From: Spirochaetia bacterium
GTDB lineage: Bacteria > Spirochaetota > Spirochaetia > SZUA-6 > Bin103
DNA: 64,000 nucleotides
Assembly (NCBI GenBank): GCA_965198005.1
Contig: CBDAOI010000003.1
Span: 832,001 to 896,000 of the forward strand
Reading direction: 5' to 3'
In this document: positions 8,270 through 18,366 of the stretch, piece after piece
Position numbering within the stretch: position 1 is the first letter of the stretch
Layout: each line of letters begins with the position of its first letter
Translations under genes and position numbers: made by a program
Notes under the pieces: model-generated
What the model saw: only the letters and a program-made list of their open reading frames with translations
Told to the model about the DNA's origin: nothing
Database searches by the model: none

Positions 8270-10519
8270 ATGAGTAGTCGAACCGCCCTGCGCGCGCTCG
8301 AGATCGCGCTGTTCCTCGGCGCCGTGGTGATGATCAACGTCACCTCCTCCGGCACCTTCGCCCGCCTCGACGTGACCCAGGAGGGGCTCCACTCGCTGTC
8401 GCCGGCCAGCATCGACGTGGTGTCGTCGCTGCGCGAGCCGCTCACGATCCGGGCGTTCTTCACCCCCAACCTGCCGGCCCCGTACAACACGGTCGAGCAG
8501 ACGGTGCGCGACCTGCTGGACGAGTACGCCGTGCACGGCGGCGAGCTGTTCAACTACGAGTTCATCAGCATGGGCGCGGGGGAGACCAGCCAGGAGGTGG
8601 CGCTGGCCAACGAGGAGCTGGCGAGCGGCTACCTGATCTACCCGATCCAGATCGAACGGCTCGACCGGGACGAGGTCACGCTGAGCAACGCGTACACCGG
8701 CCTGGCGCTGATCCACGGCGACCAGATCGAGACCATCCCCTCGATCACCGGCACGGCGCAGTTGGAGTTCGTCCTGACCGAGGCGATGACCTCGCTCACC
8801 GGGCGCGTCAGCCGGCTGCTGGCGCTGGACGAGCAGATCGAGGTGCGGCTGTACTTCTCGTCGCTGCTCGGGTCTCTGTCGCCGGACGTGGAACGGATTC
8901 CCGCCCAGATCGCGGAACTGGTCGACGAGCTGAACGCCACCTACTACGACCGCCTGCGCCACTCGCTGGTCGATCCCGACGCGGAGCCGCTGTCGGAGCA
9001 AGAGGCCGCGCACCTGCGGCTGGCGCCGCTGAACCTGCAGCGCGCCGACGGCCGCGCGCACCGGGTCTACGCCAGCCTCACGGTCGCGGCCGAGGGCCGC
9101 AGCACCACCCTGGACCTGGTGCGCAGCGGCCCGTTCGGCTACCAGTTCCTGGACCCCGAGACCATCCGGGGCTCGCTCGACGCGACTCTCAAGAACCTGC
9201 TCGGCACCCAGGAGGAGATCGGCTATCTGACCGACTTCGGCACGCCGCCGTACCAGGGGCGGGGCAACGCCCCTCCGGCCACCCAGGTGATGGAGACCGA
9301 CCTCGCCAGTCTGTATCAGCTCGTTGCGCCGGAGTACGCCTACCGCGACGTGGCGCTGGGGCAGGGCGCGGTGCCCGAGGGGCTGCGCAGCCTGCTGGTG
9401 GTCGCGCCCCAGCAACCGCTCAGCGAGTGGGCCCTGTTCCAAATCGACCAGTTTCTGCTGCGCGGCGGTTCGCTGCTGCTGTTCCTGGACTCGCACGACG
9501 TGTTCATCAGCGGCGGCCGGCCACTCTACCTGCCGCGCGAGACCGGCCTGGAAGCGATGCTCGAGCATTACGGCATCAGGCTCCGGCAGTCGTACGTGCT
9601 CGACGAGCAGTCGTTCGTGCAGCGCCAAGCCGCACGCGGCGGCGGGATCATCGAAAACCAGCTCTTCTTCGCGCCGTTGCTGAAGGGCGCGCAGATCGAC
9701 AACGACCTGCCGTTCCTGGCCAACGTGCACCAGTTGATCGTGCTCAACGTGTCGCCGCTGGAGGTGGTGGGCGGACAGGCCGACGTCACCTATTCCGAGG
9801 CGCTGCGCACCTCGCCGACGGCGTGGGAGATGGCGGAGAACATCGACCTGATGCGGGCGCTGCCGCCGGGCGACGAGCAGCGGGCCGAGTTTCCGCTGGC
9901 GATTCTGGCGCGCGGCAGCTTTACCAGCTACTTCGCCGAGCGTGAGATACCGGAGCCGCCCCGGCCCGAACCGGACGCCGCGCCGGCCGACGCGGGGGCG
10001 ATGACCTTCTCCGCCGATCGGATGCGCGCCGGGCAGAGCTTCGTCGCGGCGGGGGAGGGTGCGCTGTTCGTGGTCGGCAGCTCCGCCGTGCTCGGCAGCG
10101 GGCTGGTCGACGCGCGCAGCCGCAATCCCAATTCGCTGTTCCTGCTCAATCTGATCGACTCGATGAACGGCCGCGACGAGCGCGCGTTGTTGCGCAGCAA
10201 GGGGCGCGGGGTGCGCGTGCTGCGCCCGCTCGAGCCGCAGGCGCGGACCGCGATCAAGAGCCTGGCGGTCGCGGGGCTGCCGGCGCTGGTGGTGATCGCC
10301 GGACTGGCCGTGTGGCTGCTCGGGAGGGTGCGCCGGAGCCGCATTCGGGTGCGGTACGGCGGCGCGGCCGCGTCCGGCGGCGGCGCCGGGCCCGGCGGCG
10401 GCGCGCGGTCCGGTACTGCGGGCAGCGTGACCCGAGGCAGCGGGTCCGGTACCGCCGACGCGGGTGGTCCCCGGGCGGGCACCGCGCCCGGTACGGCCGG
10501 CAGCGATGAGGGCGGGTGA
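8270..10519 (+). CDS. GldG-family ABC auxiliary component
   Basis: RLDVTQEGLHSLSPAS, IDQFLLRGG, N..FLLNLID, C-terminal TM. Confidence 0.88.
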   Translation: MSSRTALRALEIALFLGAVVMINVTSSGTFARLDVTQEGLHSLSPASIDVVSSLREPLTIRAFFTPNLPAPYNTVEQTVRDLLDEYAVHGGELFNYEFISMGAGETSQEVALANEELASGYLIYPIQIERLDRDEVTLSNAYTGLALIHGDQIETIPSITGTAQLEFVLTEAMTSLTGRVSRLLALDEQIEVRLYFSSLLGSLSPDVERIPAQIAELVDELNATYYDRLRHSLVDPDAEPLSEQEAAHLRLAPLNLQRADGRAHRVYASLTVAAEGRSTTLDLVRSGPFGYQFLDPETIRGSLDATLKNLLGTQEEIGYLTDFGTPPYQGRGNAPPATQVMETDLASLYQLVAPEYAYRDVALGQGAVPEGLRSLLVVAPQQPLSEWALFQIDQFLLRGGSLLLFLDSHDVFISGGRPLYLPRETGLEAMLEHYGIRLRQSYVLDEQSFVQRQAARGGGIIENQLFFAPLLKGAQIDNDLPFLANVHQLIVLNVSPLEVVGGQADVTYSEALRTSPTAWEMAENIDLMRALPPGDEQRAEFPLAILARGSFTSYFAEREIPEPPRPEPDAAPADAGAMTFSADRMRAGQSFVAAGEGALFVVGSSAVLGSGLVDARSRNPNSLFLLNLIDSMNGRDERALLRSKGRGVRVLRPLEPQARTAIKSLAVAGLPALVVIAGLAVWLLGRVRRSRIRVRYGGAAASGGGAGPGGGARSGTAGSVTRGSGSGTADAGGPRAGTAPGTAGSDEGG

Positions 10520-11454
10520 TGCCGGTCAGACAACTGCTGACCCGCTTCCTGCTGCCGGCGTTGATCATCGTCGGGCTGGTCCTGTTCCAGACGCTGCGCG
10601 AGCGCGACCGCGTACTGTACGAACTGCCGCAGATCGAGGCGTTTGCCGCGGCGGACGCGGACCGGGTCGAGCTGTCACGCGGCGGGCGCGGGATCATCGT
10701 ACACCGCACCGATGCCGGCTGGGTGCTCGAGCCGGGTGACTTTCCCGCCGATGGCGTGCTGATGAACACGCTGCTGGAGACCCTGGCGCAGATCCGGCCC
10801 ACCGACCTGATCTCGCAATACGGCGCCTACGGCCGGTTCGAGCTGGATCCGGAGTCGGCGCTGCGCGTGTCCGCCTATCAGGGCGAGGAGTTGCTGCGCA
10901 CGATCGACGTCGGCAAGCAGGCCGGCACCCGCCAGCACACCTACGTGCGGCTGGCCGGCGACCCGCGCGTGTACCAGGCCCGGGGAAACTTGGCGGAGAG
11001 CTTCCCGTTCGGGCCGGACGCGTTGCGGGACAAGGTGGTGCTCACCTTCGACCCCGCCACGGTGGTCGGCATCGTGGCCCGCAGCCCGGCCGAGTTGCTG
11101 GCGCTGCAGCGGCTGCCGGCGGAGGAGGACGCCGCCCCGCAGTGGGCGACCGCGGCCGGCGCGGCCTGGGATGCGGCCAAGGTCGAGGAGTCGTTGCAGC
11201 GGATGGCGCAGCTCACCACCTTCCGTTTTGCGGACGCCGCCCCGGCCGCGGGCAGCGAGGTGCTGGAGTTGACCCTCACCACCGACGCGGGGAGCGTGCA
11301 CGAGGTGCGCGTGTTCGGGCGCGTGGACAACAGCTACCCGGCCACCTCGTCCGGGTCCGCTTATCCATTCCTGCTGTTCCCGTGGATGGTCAACGGCTTC
11401 CTGGACGCGTTCACCACCGCCGGCGCCCCGACCGACGAGTCCGGCACCGGCTGA
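10519..11454 (+). CDS. DUF4340-like membrane-anchored periplasmic protein
   Basis: N-terminal [28 protein letters not shown]; typical fourth gene of gldAFG-like operons. Confidence 0.78.
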   Translation: MPVRQLLTRFLLPALIIVGLVLFQTLRERDRVLYELPQIEAFAAADADRVELSRGGRGIIVHRTDAGWVLEPGDFPADGVLMNTLLETLAQIRPTDLISQYGAYGRFELDPESALRVSAYQGEELLRTIDVGKQAGTRQHTYVRLAGDPRVYQARGNLAESFPFGPDALRDKVVLTFDPATVVGIVARSPAELLALQRLPAEEDAAPQWATAAGAAWDAAKVEESLQRMAQLTTFRFADAAPAAGSEVLELTLTTDAGSVHEVRVFGRVDNSYPATSSGSAYPFLLFPWMVNGFLDAFTTAGAPTDESGTG

Positions 11455-11586
11455 GCCGCCGCCGCGCGGCGCCCCCCTGCAACCCGGCCACCGGCGTTCC
11501 CCGGCGGAACGACGGGCAATCAAGAGGCTCCGGAGGTTGCGGCCGCCCGGTTGGCGTAACGGCGGCCGTCGGATACCGTGCGCCGC

Positions 11587-11979
11587 ATGAGACTGGAGCA
11601 CGTCGCGTTCAACGTGAAGCACATGCAGGCGGTAGTCGCCTGGTACGTCGAGCATCTCGGGATGCAGGTGGCCCGAGCCGACGCTTCCCCGCCGTACGCC
11701 ACCTTCGTGACCGATTCGACCGGCCGCAGCATGTTGGAGTTCTACACCCAGACCCGGTTCGCGCCGCCCGACTGGGGCGCGCGCGACCGGATGCAGACCC
11801 ATCTGGCGTTTCTCACCGGCGACCTGGACGCCGACCGCGACCGGCTGGTCGCCGCCGGCGCCGCGGTGGAAGGCGACCCGGTCACGCACCCGAACGGCGA
11901 CCGGCTGCTGTTCATGCGCGACCCCTGGGGGCTGGCGTTCCAACTGGTGCGGCGCGCCGCCCCGCTGCTCGACACCTGA
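11587..11979 (+). CDS. VOC/glyoxalase family protein
   Basis: [36 protein letters not shown]. Confidence 0.9.
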   Translation: MRLEHVAFNVKHMQAVVAWYVEHLGMQVARADASPPYATFVTDSTGRSMLEFYTQTRFAPPDWGARDRMQTHLAFLTGDLDADRDRLVAAGAAVEGDPVTHPNGDRLLFMRDPWGLAFQLVRRAAPLLDT

Positions 11980-11988
11980 GCGGCGCGG

Positions 11989-12108
11989 GGCGGCGTGCAG
12001 GTGGCAGGTGTCGAGGCACACGCCGATCCGGCTGCGGTCGTCGATCCGCTCGATCAACCCGGCGAGCTGGGCGAAGGTGTGCCCCAGGTTGTTGCCCTGG
12101 CCGGCGGT
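11989..12108 (-). pseudogene. nfo: Internal fragment of endonuclease IV
   Basis: [40 protein letters not shown] matches the Nfo (E.TAGQG...GVC.DTCH) zinc-binding region; no start or stop context. Confidence 0.8.
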
Positions 12109-12109
12109 G

Positions 12110-12577
12110 CTACGGGTTCGCCTCGACCCGCGCCAAGCGCTCGCCCAGACCGCGCAGGTCTCTATGTACCTCGACGATGCGGTCAGTCTGCTTTTCAATA
12201 GCGGCGGTCAACTCACTTCGCGTCGCCGTCAGGTCGGTCTTGACGGCGCCAATCTGGGCTTCCAGGTCGGTCTTGACGGTGCCAATCTGGGCACTCAAGC
12301 GGTCTTCCGTGGCCTTGATGTTGCCCTCGATCCTGGCATGCGCTTGGTTTGCCGCCGATTCCAGGTCAGTCTTGACGGTGCCGATAGCCTCGGTCAGGTC
12401 AGTCTTGACGGTGCCGATAGCCTCGGTCAGGTCAGTCTTGACGGTGCCGATAGCCTCGGTCAGATCAGTCCTGACGGCGCCGATCTGCCTTCCCAGGTTT
12501 CGCCAGATGAATCCCAGCACCGCCATCAGCAACAGCACGGCCACGCTTACGATGGCGACAATGGCCTCGGCACTCAC
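12110..12577 (-). CDS. Single-TM coiled-coil protein with 11-residue repeats
   Basis: N-terminal TM; six [AQ]IG[TA]V[KR]TDL units; AAGGAGG RBS (12586-12592) and TATACT -10 (12610-12615). Confidence 0.8.
   Translation of the reverse strand: MSAEAIVAIVSVAVLLLMAVLGFIWRNLGRQIGAVRTDLTEAIGTVKTDLTEAIGTVKTDLTEAIGTVKTDLESAANQAHARIEGNIKATEDRLSAQIGTVKTDLEAQIGAVKTDLTATRSELTAAIEKQTDRIVEVHRDLRGLGERLARVEANP
12226..12490. repeat. Coding 33-bp tandem repeats
   Basis: caggtcagtcttgacggtgccgatagcctcggt repeated exactly twice plus several variants. Confidence 0.9.
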
Positions 12578-12706
12578 AGGTTCAGCCTCCTTACCGATTC
12601 ACACAGATCAGTATACATCCTATCGTGTTTGCGGTGGAGCGTCGCGCGGGATCAGCGATCGTGGCAGGCGGGTGGGGCTTGCGGGCCGGTCCGGCGCGCC
12701 GATAGC

Positions 12707-13369
12707 ATGGCTCATCCCATGCAGGGCGCAGCACCGCGGCTCGACGCCGTGATCAACCGGATCGACGCCATCAATCGCGCGGACCCGCAGCGCGAGCAGG
12801 CGGGCGGCATCGACTACCCCAAGGAGTTGCTGTACGCGCAGCGGATGAGCGCGTGGCTTGAGCGCCTGCGGCCGGACGCCGGCGACGCGTTGCGCATCGC
12901 CGTGCGCGCGCAACACGTCGAGCGCTGGAAGATCCCGCGCGCGCGGTTCCCGGACGGGCGCACCGGCTACCTGCGCTGGCGCACGCGCTTGGCGCGCCAT
13001 CACGCCGAGGTCACCGGCGGCCTGATGCGCGACGCCGGGTACGATGCGGCGGCCGTGGCCGCCACCGAGGCACTGCTGCGCAAGGAGGGACTGGCCGGGG
13101 CCGGCGCCGACAGCGCGGTGCAGGTACTGGAGGACGTCGTCTGCCTGGTGTTCCTCGAGCACTATCTGCCGCGGTTCGCGGAGGGCCATCCGCCAGCCAA
13201 GGTGGTCGCGATTCTGGCCAAGACTTGGCGCAAGATGTCGCCGCGCGCGCGCCGAACGGCACTGGACCTGCCGTTCCCGGACGAGACCCGCCGCCTGCTC
13301 CACGCCGCGGGCGCCGCGGGTCCGGGCTTGACGGCAGCCAAGCGGACAGCTACGGTAAACGTACGGTGA
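12707..13369 (+). CDS. DUF4202 family protein
   Basis: IDAINRADP, PKELLYAQRM, RAQHVERWKIPR..FP.GR.GYL.WR, LEDVVCLVFLE, KTWRKMS. Confidence 0.88.
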   Translation: MAHPMQGAAPRLDAVINRIDAINRADPQREQAGGIDYPKELLYAQRMSAWLERLRPDAGDALRIAVRAQHVERWKIPRARFPDGRTGYLRWRTRLARHHAEVTGGLMRDAGYDAAAVAATEALLRKEGLAGAGADSAVQVLEDVVCLVFLEHYLPRFAEGHPPAKVVAILAKTWRKMSPRARRTALDLPFPDETRRLLHAAGAAGPGLTAAKRTATVNVR

Positions 13370-13419
13370 ACGCATGAAGAAACCGAAGTCCGTCGCTCGG
13401 CAGCCCACATCCGCGCCCT

Positions 13420-14232
13420 GTGATAGACGTCGTCATCCACAGTGATAATCCGGAGAACCTGCTCGAAGTAGACGGCCTGTGCCTGAGCTTCGGCGGCCTC
13501 ACGGTGCTCGACGCGGTGTCGTTGCGCGTGCCCGAGGGCAGCATTACGGCCATCATCGGACCCAACGGCGCCGGCAAGTCGAGCCTGTTCAACTCCATTT
13601 CCGGCAGCTACCGCCCGCAGGCGGGCACGCTCCGGTTCGCCGGCCGCGACGTCACGCGCCTGTCGACGGCACGGCGTGCGGCGCTCGGCATGGCGCGCAC
13701 GTTCCAGAATATCGCGCTGTTCCCGAGCATGACCGTCCTGGACAACATCAAGCTGGGGAGTCACGTGCACCTGCGCACCGGCTTGCTGGCGGCCGGCATC
13801 TACCGGGGACGGGCGCGGCGCGAGGAGCAGCAGTTGCAAGCCGCGGTCGAGCGCGAGGTGCTGGAGCCGCTCGGGCTCGGCGACCTGGCCGGGCTCCCGG
13901 CGACGACGCTGCCCTACGGCCGGCAGAAACTGGTGGAGCTGGCCCGCGCCCTGGCCATGCGGCCCCGGCTGCTGCTGCTGGACGAGCCGGTGTCCGGCAT
14001 GAACCGGGCCGAGCGCGCGGAGATGGTGCGTCTTATCCGCGACCTTCAGCGGCAGCGCGGCGCCACGGTGCTGCTGGTCGAACATGACATGAACGTGGTC
14101 ATGGATATTTCGGATCTGGTGATCGTGCTCGACTTCGGGCGCGTGATCGCGGCCGGCACGCCGGCGGCGGTGCGCGCCGACCCGGCGGTGATCTCCGCCT
14201 ATCTCGGCACCGCCGCCCAGGAGCAGACCTGA
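13420..14232 (+). CDS. livG: Branched-chain amino acid-type ABC ATP-binding protein
   Basis: GPNGAGKS, ARTFQNIALF, LPYGRQKLVELARAL, LLVEHDM, V..AYLG. Confidence 0.9.
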   Translation: MIDVVIHSDNPENLLEVDGLCLSFGGLTVLDAVSLRVPEGSITAIIGPNGAGKSSLFNSISGSYRPQAGTLRFAGRDVTRLSTARRAALGMARTFQNIALFPSMTVLDNIKLGSHVHLRTGLLAAGIYRGRARREEQQLQAAVEREVLEPLGLGDLAGLPATTLPYGRQKLVELARALAMRPRLLLLDEPVSGMNRAERAEMVRLIRDLQRQRGATVLLVEHDMNVVMDISDLVIVLDFGRVIAAGTPAAVRADPAVISAYLGTAAQEQT

Positions 14233-15125
14233 TGGACCTGTTTCTCGAAGTGAGCCTGGTCGGGCTGGCGGTGGGCGGCGTGTACGCCCTGATCGCGCTC
14301 GGCTACGTGCTCGTCTATCGCGCCACCCGGGTGGTGAACTTCGCGCACGGCAACATCATGATGGTCGGTGCCTATTTGTTCCTCACCTTCGCGGCGCTGC
14401 TGGGCCTGCCCTGGGGCATCGCCCTGGCGCTGACGCTGCTCGCCGCCGCACTGCTCGGGGCCGGCCTCGAGCGGCTCCTGCTGCGGCCGCTGCTGCGCCG
14501 GCAGCGGAGTGAACCGACCGCGGCGCTGATGGCGACGTTCGGCCTGGCCTTCGCCCTGCACGGCATGGTGCAGATCATCTGGACCTCGACCGACTTCTTC
14601 CTGCCGTCCATATTCCCGGACCGACCGATCGTCATCGACGCCGCGCATGGCGCCATGTACATCCCCGCCAACATCGGCTACGGCGCCTTGATCGCGCTGG
14701 CGGCGATCGGCGTGTTGCTGGTGCTGCTGCGCTCTACCCGCGCCGGTCTGGCGCTGCGCGCGGTCGCCTCCGACCGGATGGCGGCCAGCGGGGTGGGCAT
14801 CAACGTGCCGGCAACCGTCAACCTGACGTGGGCGTGCGCCGCGGCCAGCGCCGCCCTCGCCGGGGTCGTGGTGGGCTCGATCACCACCCTCAATCCTACC
14901 ATGGGCATGCTCGGGCTGGCCGTGCTGGGGGTGGTCATCCTGGGCGGGCTCGACAGCCTCGCGGGCGTCATCGTCGCCGGCCTGATCGTAGGCTGGCTGC
15001 AGGCGCTGGCCGGCTTCTACCTGAGCGGCTCGTACCGCGACGTGGTGCCGTACGCCGTGCTGCTGGTCATTCTCCTGATCCGCCCGCACGGCCTGTTCGG
15101 CACCCCCCGGGTCGAACGGTTGTGA
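14232..15125 (+). CDS. livH: Branched-chain amino acid-type ABC permease
   Basis: YALIALGYVLVY.ATRVVNFAHG, GLALRAVA, ILGGLDS, IRPHGLFG. Confidence 0.9.
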   Translation: MDLFLEVSLVGLAVGGVYALIALGYVLVYRATRVVNFAHGNIMMVGAYLFLTFAALLGLPWGIALALTLLAAALLGAGLERLLLRPLLRRQRSEPTAALMATFGLAFALHGMVQIIWTSTDFFLPSIFPDRPIVIDAAHGAMYIPANIGYGALIALAAIGVLLVLLRSTRAGLALRAVASDRMAASGVGINVPATVNLTWACAAASAALAGVVVGSITTLNPTMGMLGLAVLGVVILGGLDSLAGVIVAGLIVGWLQALAGFYLSGSYRDVVPYAVLLVILLIRPHGLFGTPRVERL

Positions 15126-16132
15126 GCGGCCGGGGCGGCCGGCGTGGTGCCGCCGGCGCCGTGCTGGCCGCGGCTGCGGTCGGGGCGGCCGTGGCGCTGC
15201 CGCTGGCCGGCAACAGCTTCCACCTGCACGTGGCGTGCATGATCGGCATCAACCTGATCAGTGCCATGGGGCTCAACCTGCTGACCGGCAGCGCCGGTCT
15301 GGTGTCGCTCGGGCACGCCGTGTTCATGGGCGTGGGGGCGTACGGCGTCGCCTGGTTCAGCAACCACCTCGGGCTGCCGTTCTACCTGTGTCTGCCGCTG
15401 GCCGGGTTGCTGGCCGCCGGCGTCGGCATGATCGCCGGACTGCCCTCGTTCCGGCTGAAGGGGATGTACCTGGCATTCGCCTCGCTCGCGGCGCAGTTCA
15501 TCCTCAGCTTCGTATTCAAAGAGTGGGAAGCGGTCACCGGCGGCCGCAGCGGGGTGACGCTGGCTCCGGCGCAGCTTGCGGGGCTGGCGCTCGCCACGGA
15601 ACGGGAGATGTACTACCTGATCGGGGTTGTCACGGCCGCCGCCCTGCTGTTCGCGCGCAATCTGCTGCGCACCCGCGTGGGACGCGCCTGGGTCGCCATG
15701 CGCGACCGCGACCTTGCTGCCGAGGTGCTGGGGGTCGACCTGCGGCGCTACAAGCTGCTGGCGTTCGGCATCAGTTCGTTCTACGCCGGGCTGGCCGGCG
15801 GTCTGATGGCCTACTTCTTCAAGGTAGTGGCGCCGGGCCAGTTCGGCTTCCAGCTCTCGCTCTTCTTTCTCGCGGCGATCGTCGTCGGCGGTCTCGGAAC
15901 TGTACACGGTGTCTTGCTTGGTGCTACCTTCATGACCATCGCTCCGGGTCTGCTCGCATGGGCCGCGGGACCGTTCGGTCCGGTCGCTACGGGTATGTTG
16001 GCGCCTTTGCGCGAGGTGCTGTTCGGCCTGCTGATCGTGGTCTTCCTGATCGCCGAGCCGCGCGGCCTGTACGGGATCTGGAGCAGAGTCAGAAACTGGC
16101 GCCCAGCGATGACGCGAAGGAGCAACAGATGA
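15122..16132 (+). CDS. livM: Branched-chain amino acid-type ABC permease
   Basis: GLNLLTGSAGLVSLGHA, RLKGMYLA, GRAWVAMRD, VGGLGT, EPRGL. Confidence 0.9.
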   Translation: MSGRGGRRGAAGAVLAAAAVGAAVALPLAGNSFHLHVACMIGINLISAMGLNLLTGSAGLVSLGHAVFMGVGAYGVAWFSNHLGLPFYLCLPLAGLLAAGVGMIAGLPSFRLKGMYLAFASLAAQFILSFVFKEWEAVTGGRSGVTLAPAQLAGLALATEREMYYLIGVVTAAALLFARNLLRTRVGRAWVAMRDRDLAAEVLGVDLRRYKLLAFGISSFYAGLAGGLMAYFFKVVAPGQFGFQLSLFFLAAIVVGGLGTVHGVLLGATFMTIAPGLLAWAAGPFGPVATGMLAPLREVLFGLLIVVFLIAEPRGLYGIWSRVRNWRPAMTRRSNR

Positions 16133-17346
16133 GGAAAGGAAAGTCAGGAATGGGCCGAGGCCGGTGGCGGCGCCATGCCGCCGCCATGCTGGCGGTTGCC
16201 CTGGGGGTGGCGTGCGCGCCGCCGGCGCTGCTGGCCGATGAGAGCGAGCTGGTAGTGGGCGCGGTCGCGCCGCTCACCGGCATATACGCCCAGGCGGGCG
16301 CCCTCGGCCGCATCGGCATGGATGCCTACGTCGGCTACGTGAACGCCACCGGTGGCATCGATGGCCGGCAGTTGCGAGTCGTGCTGCACGACTCGGGCTC
16401 CGTGCCGGAGCAGGCCGTGGCCGTGTTCAAGCAGATCATGGCCGAGGAAGAGAACGTGGTGGCGTTCTACGGCGACTCCACCACCTTCATGAAGCTCTCG
16501 GCACCGGAGGTCAACGAACGCTACAAGGTGCTGATGGGCGGCTCCTCGCTGGCCACCGAGCTGGCCGATACCGACAGATATCGCTACCATTTCATGACCG
16601 GACCGACCTACGCGGACATGGTCGGCATGCTGCTGGAGTACATCGCGGCCGAACGCGAGGCGGGCGCCGCGGCGCCGCGGGTGGTGCTGTTCTACTCCAA
16701 TATCGACTTCGGTCTTGATCCGATCCCCGCATCCCGGGAGCGCGCGAGGCGCCTGGACATCGACATCGTTGAGGAGATCGAGACCGCGCCGGTGGGGGTC
16801 GACGTGGCGCCTGCAGTCCTGAAGCTGCGCCGCGCGAACCCGGATTACGTCATCTTCCACGGCTACGCGACCACGATCTGGCCCGAGGTGATGAAGCAGG
16901 CGCTGCAGTCCGGCGTGGACGCGATGTTCATGGGCACGTTCTGGGCGATGGAGCCGTTGATCATCCGGCAGCTCGGGCCGCTCGCCGACCGCTACATGGG
17001 CGTTTTCCCCTACCGGTATTATTGGGAGCAGGAGCAGTCGGCGACGCTCCGGCTGATCAAGCAGGTGACGCAGCAGGAGTACGTGCCGACGTTCGCGCTC
17101 CAGGCCTGGTTCTCCGGCATGATCATTCATGAGGTGATCAAGCGCACGCTGGACGCCGGCCTGGAGCTCACCGGCGACAACCTCAAGGCGACGCTCGACG
17201 GGATCCAGGACTGGGATACCGGCGGTCTGATCGGCGTGCCGGTGAGCTTCAGGAACGGCTCCATTCCGGTCGGCCGGATCTACCGGGGCAACTCCGCCAC
17301 CGGACTGATGGACCCGATCTCGGACTGGATCGTGATCGACGACTGA
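16129..17346 (+). CDS. ABC substrate-binding protein (Leu/Ile/Val-binding family)
   Basis: Signal peptide, PLTGIYA, YVNATGGIDGR, NPDYVIFHG. Confidence 0.88.
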   Translation: MRKGKSGMGRGRWRRHAAAMLAVALGVACAPPALLADESELVVGAVAPLTGIYAQAGALGRIGMDAYVGYVNATGGIDGRQLRVVLHDSGSVPEQAVAVFKQIMAEEENVVAFYGDSTTFMKLSAPEVNERYKVLMGGSSLATELADTDRYRYHFMTGPTYADMVGMLLEYIAAEREAGAAAPRVVLFYSNIDFGLDPIPASRERARRLDIDIVEEIETAPVGVDVAPAVLKLRRANPDYVIFHGYATTIWPEVMKQALQSGVDAMFMGTFWAMEPLIIRQLGPLADRYMGVFPYRYYWEQEQSATLRLIKQVTQQEYVPTFALQAWFSGMIIHEVIKRTLDAGLELTGDNLKATLDGIQDWDTGGLIGVPVSFRNGSIPVGRIYRGNSATGLMDPISDWIVIDD

Positions 17347-17359
17347 CGGCCGCGCCGCG

Positions 17360-18187
17360 ATGCGGGTACGGGCCGTGCCGGTAGGGGAAGTGCCGCCGGC
17401 GCCGCCCGCCGCTGGCGGGCAGCAACCGGGAGCCGTGGCCGCGGCGCTGGAGGTCGACCGTCTGGAGGCGGCCTACGGCCAGGCGGCGCCGGTGTTGCGC
17501 GGCCTGTCGTTGCGCGTGCCGAAGGGGCGCATCGTGGCTCTGCTCGGTGCCAACGGCGCCGGCAAGACCACCGCCATCCGGGCGATCGCCGGGCTGCTGC
17601 CGTACGAGAACGGGGCGGTCACGGCCGGCTCGATTCTGCTCGACGGGCGGCGCGTGGACGGGTTGCCGCCGCATCAGCGTGCGCGGCGCCGTCTGGCGGC
17701 GGTGCTGGAGGGGCGGCGCCTGTTCGCCGACCTTTCCGTCGACGACAATCTGCGCGCCGCGTCCTGGGCGCTGACCGGACGCCGCACGCGCCCCCGCGGC
17801 GGTCTCGACGCGGTGTACCAGTTGTTCCCGCTACTGGCTGCGCGCCGCCGCCAGCGCGCGGGCTACTTGTCCGGTGGAGAACAGCAGATGCTGGCCATCG
17901 GCCGGGCGTTGCTGACCGAGCCCACCGTGATGCTGCTGGACGAGCCCTCGCTGGGCTTGGCGCCACGCCTCCGGGAAGAGATCTTCGCCGGCATTGGGCG
18001 GATCAACCGCGAACGCCGCGTGTCCATGCTGCTGGTGGAACAGAACACCGTCATGGCGCTGGCGATCGCGCGCTACGGCTACGTCATCGAGCAGGGGCGG
18101 GTGGTGCTGGAGGGCCCGGTCGAGGCGCTCAAGGCGAGTCGCGAGGTGCGCGACGCCTACCTGGGCCCCGGCACGCGGGCACCGTGA
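17360..18187 (+). CDS. livF: Branched-chain amino acid-type ABC ATP-binding protein
   Basis: GANGAGKTT, LSGGEQQMLAIGRAL, LDEPSLGLAP, LVEQN. Confidence 0.9.
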   Translation: MRVRAVPVGEVPPAPPAAGGQQPGAVAAALEVDRLEAAYGQAAPVLRGLSLRVPKGRIVALLGANGAGKTTAIRAIAGLLPYENGAVTAGSILLDGRRVDGLPPHQRARRRLAAVLEGRRLFADLSVDDNLRAASWALTGRRTRPRGGLDAVYQLFPLLAARRRQRAGYLSGGEQQMLAIGRALLTEPTVMLLDEPSLGLAPRLREEIFAGIGRINRERRVSMLLVEQNTVMALAIARYGYVIEQGRVVLEGPVEALKASREVRDAYLGPGTRAP

Positions 18188-18366
18188 GTGTCGCCGGTCG
18201 CGCATGGTCCGGAGCTGCGCGTAGTCTAGTCTTCGGGGGGGGACTGACCAATGAGATTGCCGGAATTGTGGTTGCGCCGGGACCTGTGGTCAACCCGAAC
18301 GGACGGTGCCTGGACGGTGCTGCGCCGACTCGCCGGCGGGATGCGCAGGCGGTACATTTGCCTGCG

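Noticed and set aside
6416-11454. Gliding-motility machinery
   Set aside because: GldAFG-like ABC + DUF4340 operons are widespread in non-gliding bacteria; no other gld/spr/T9SS genes are present.
12226-12490. 33-bp repeats as a CRISPR array
   Set aside because: Head-to-tail with no unique spacers, in frame within a CDS, and no cas genes.
12008-12706. N-terminal '[11 protein letters not shown]' repeat extension of the 453-aa plus-strand ORF
   Set aside because: It is the reverse complement of the repeat gene 12110..12577, which has the RBS and -10; the DUF4202 protein starts near 12707.
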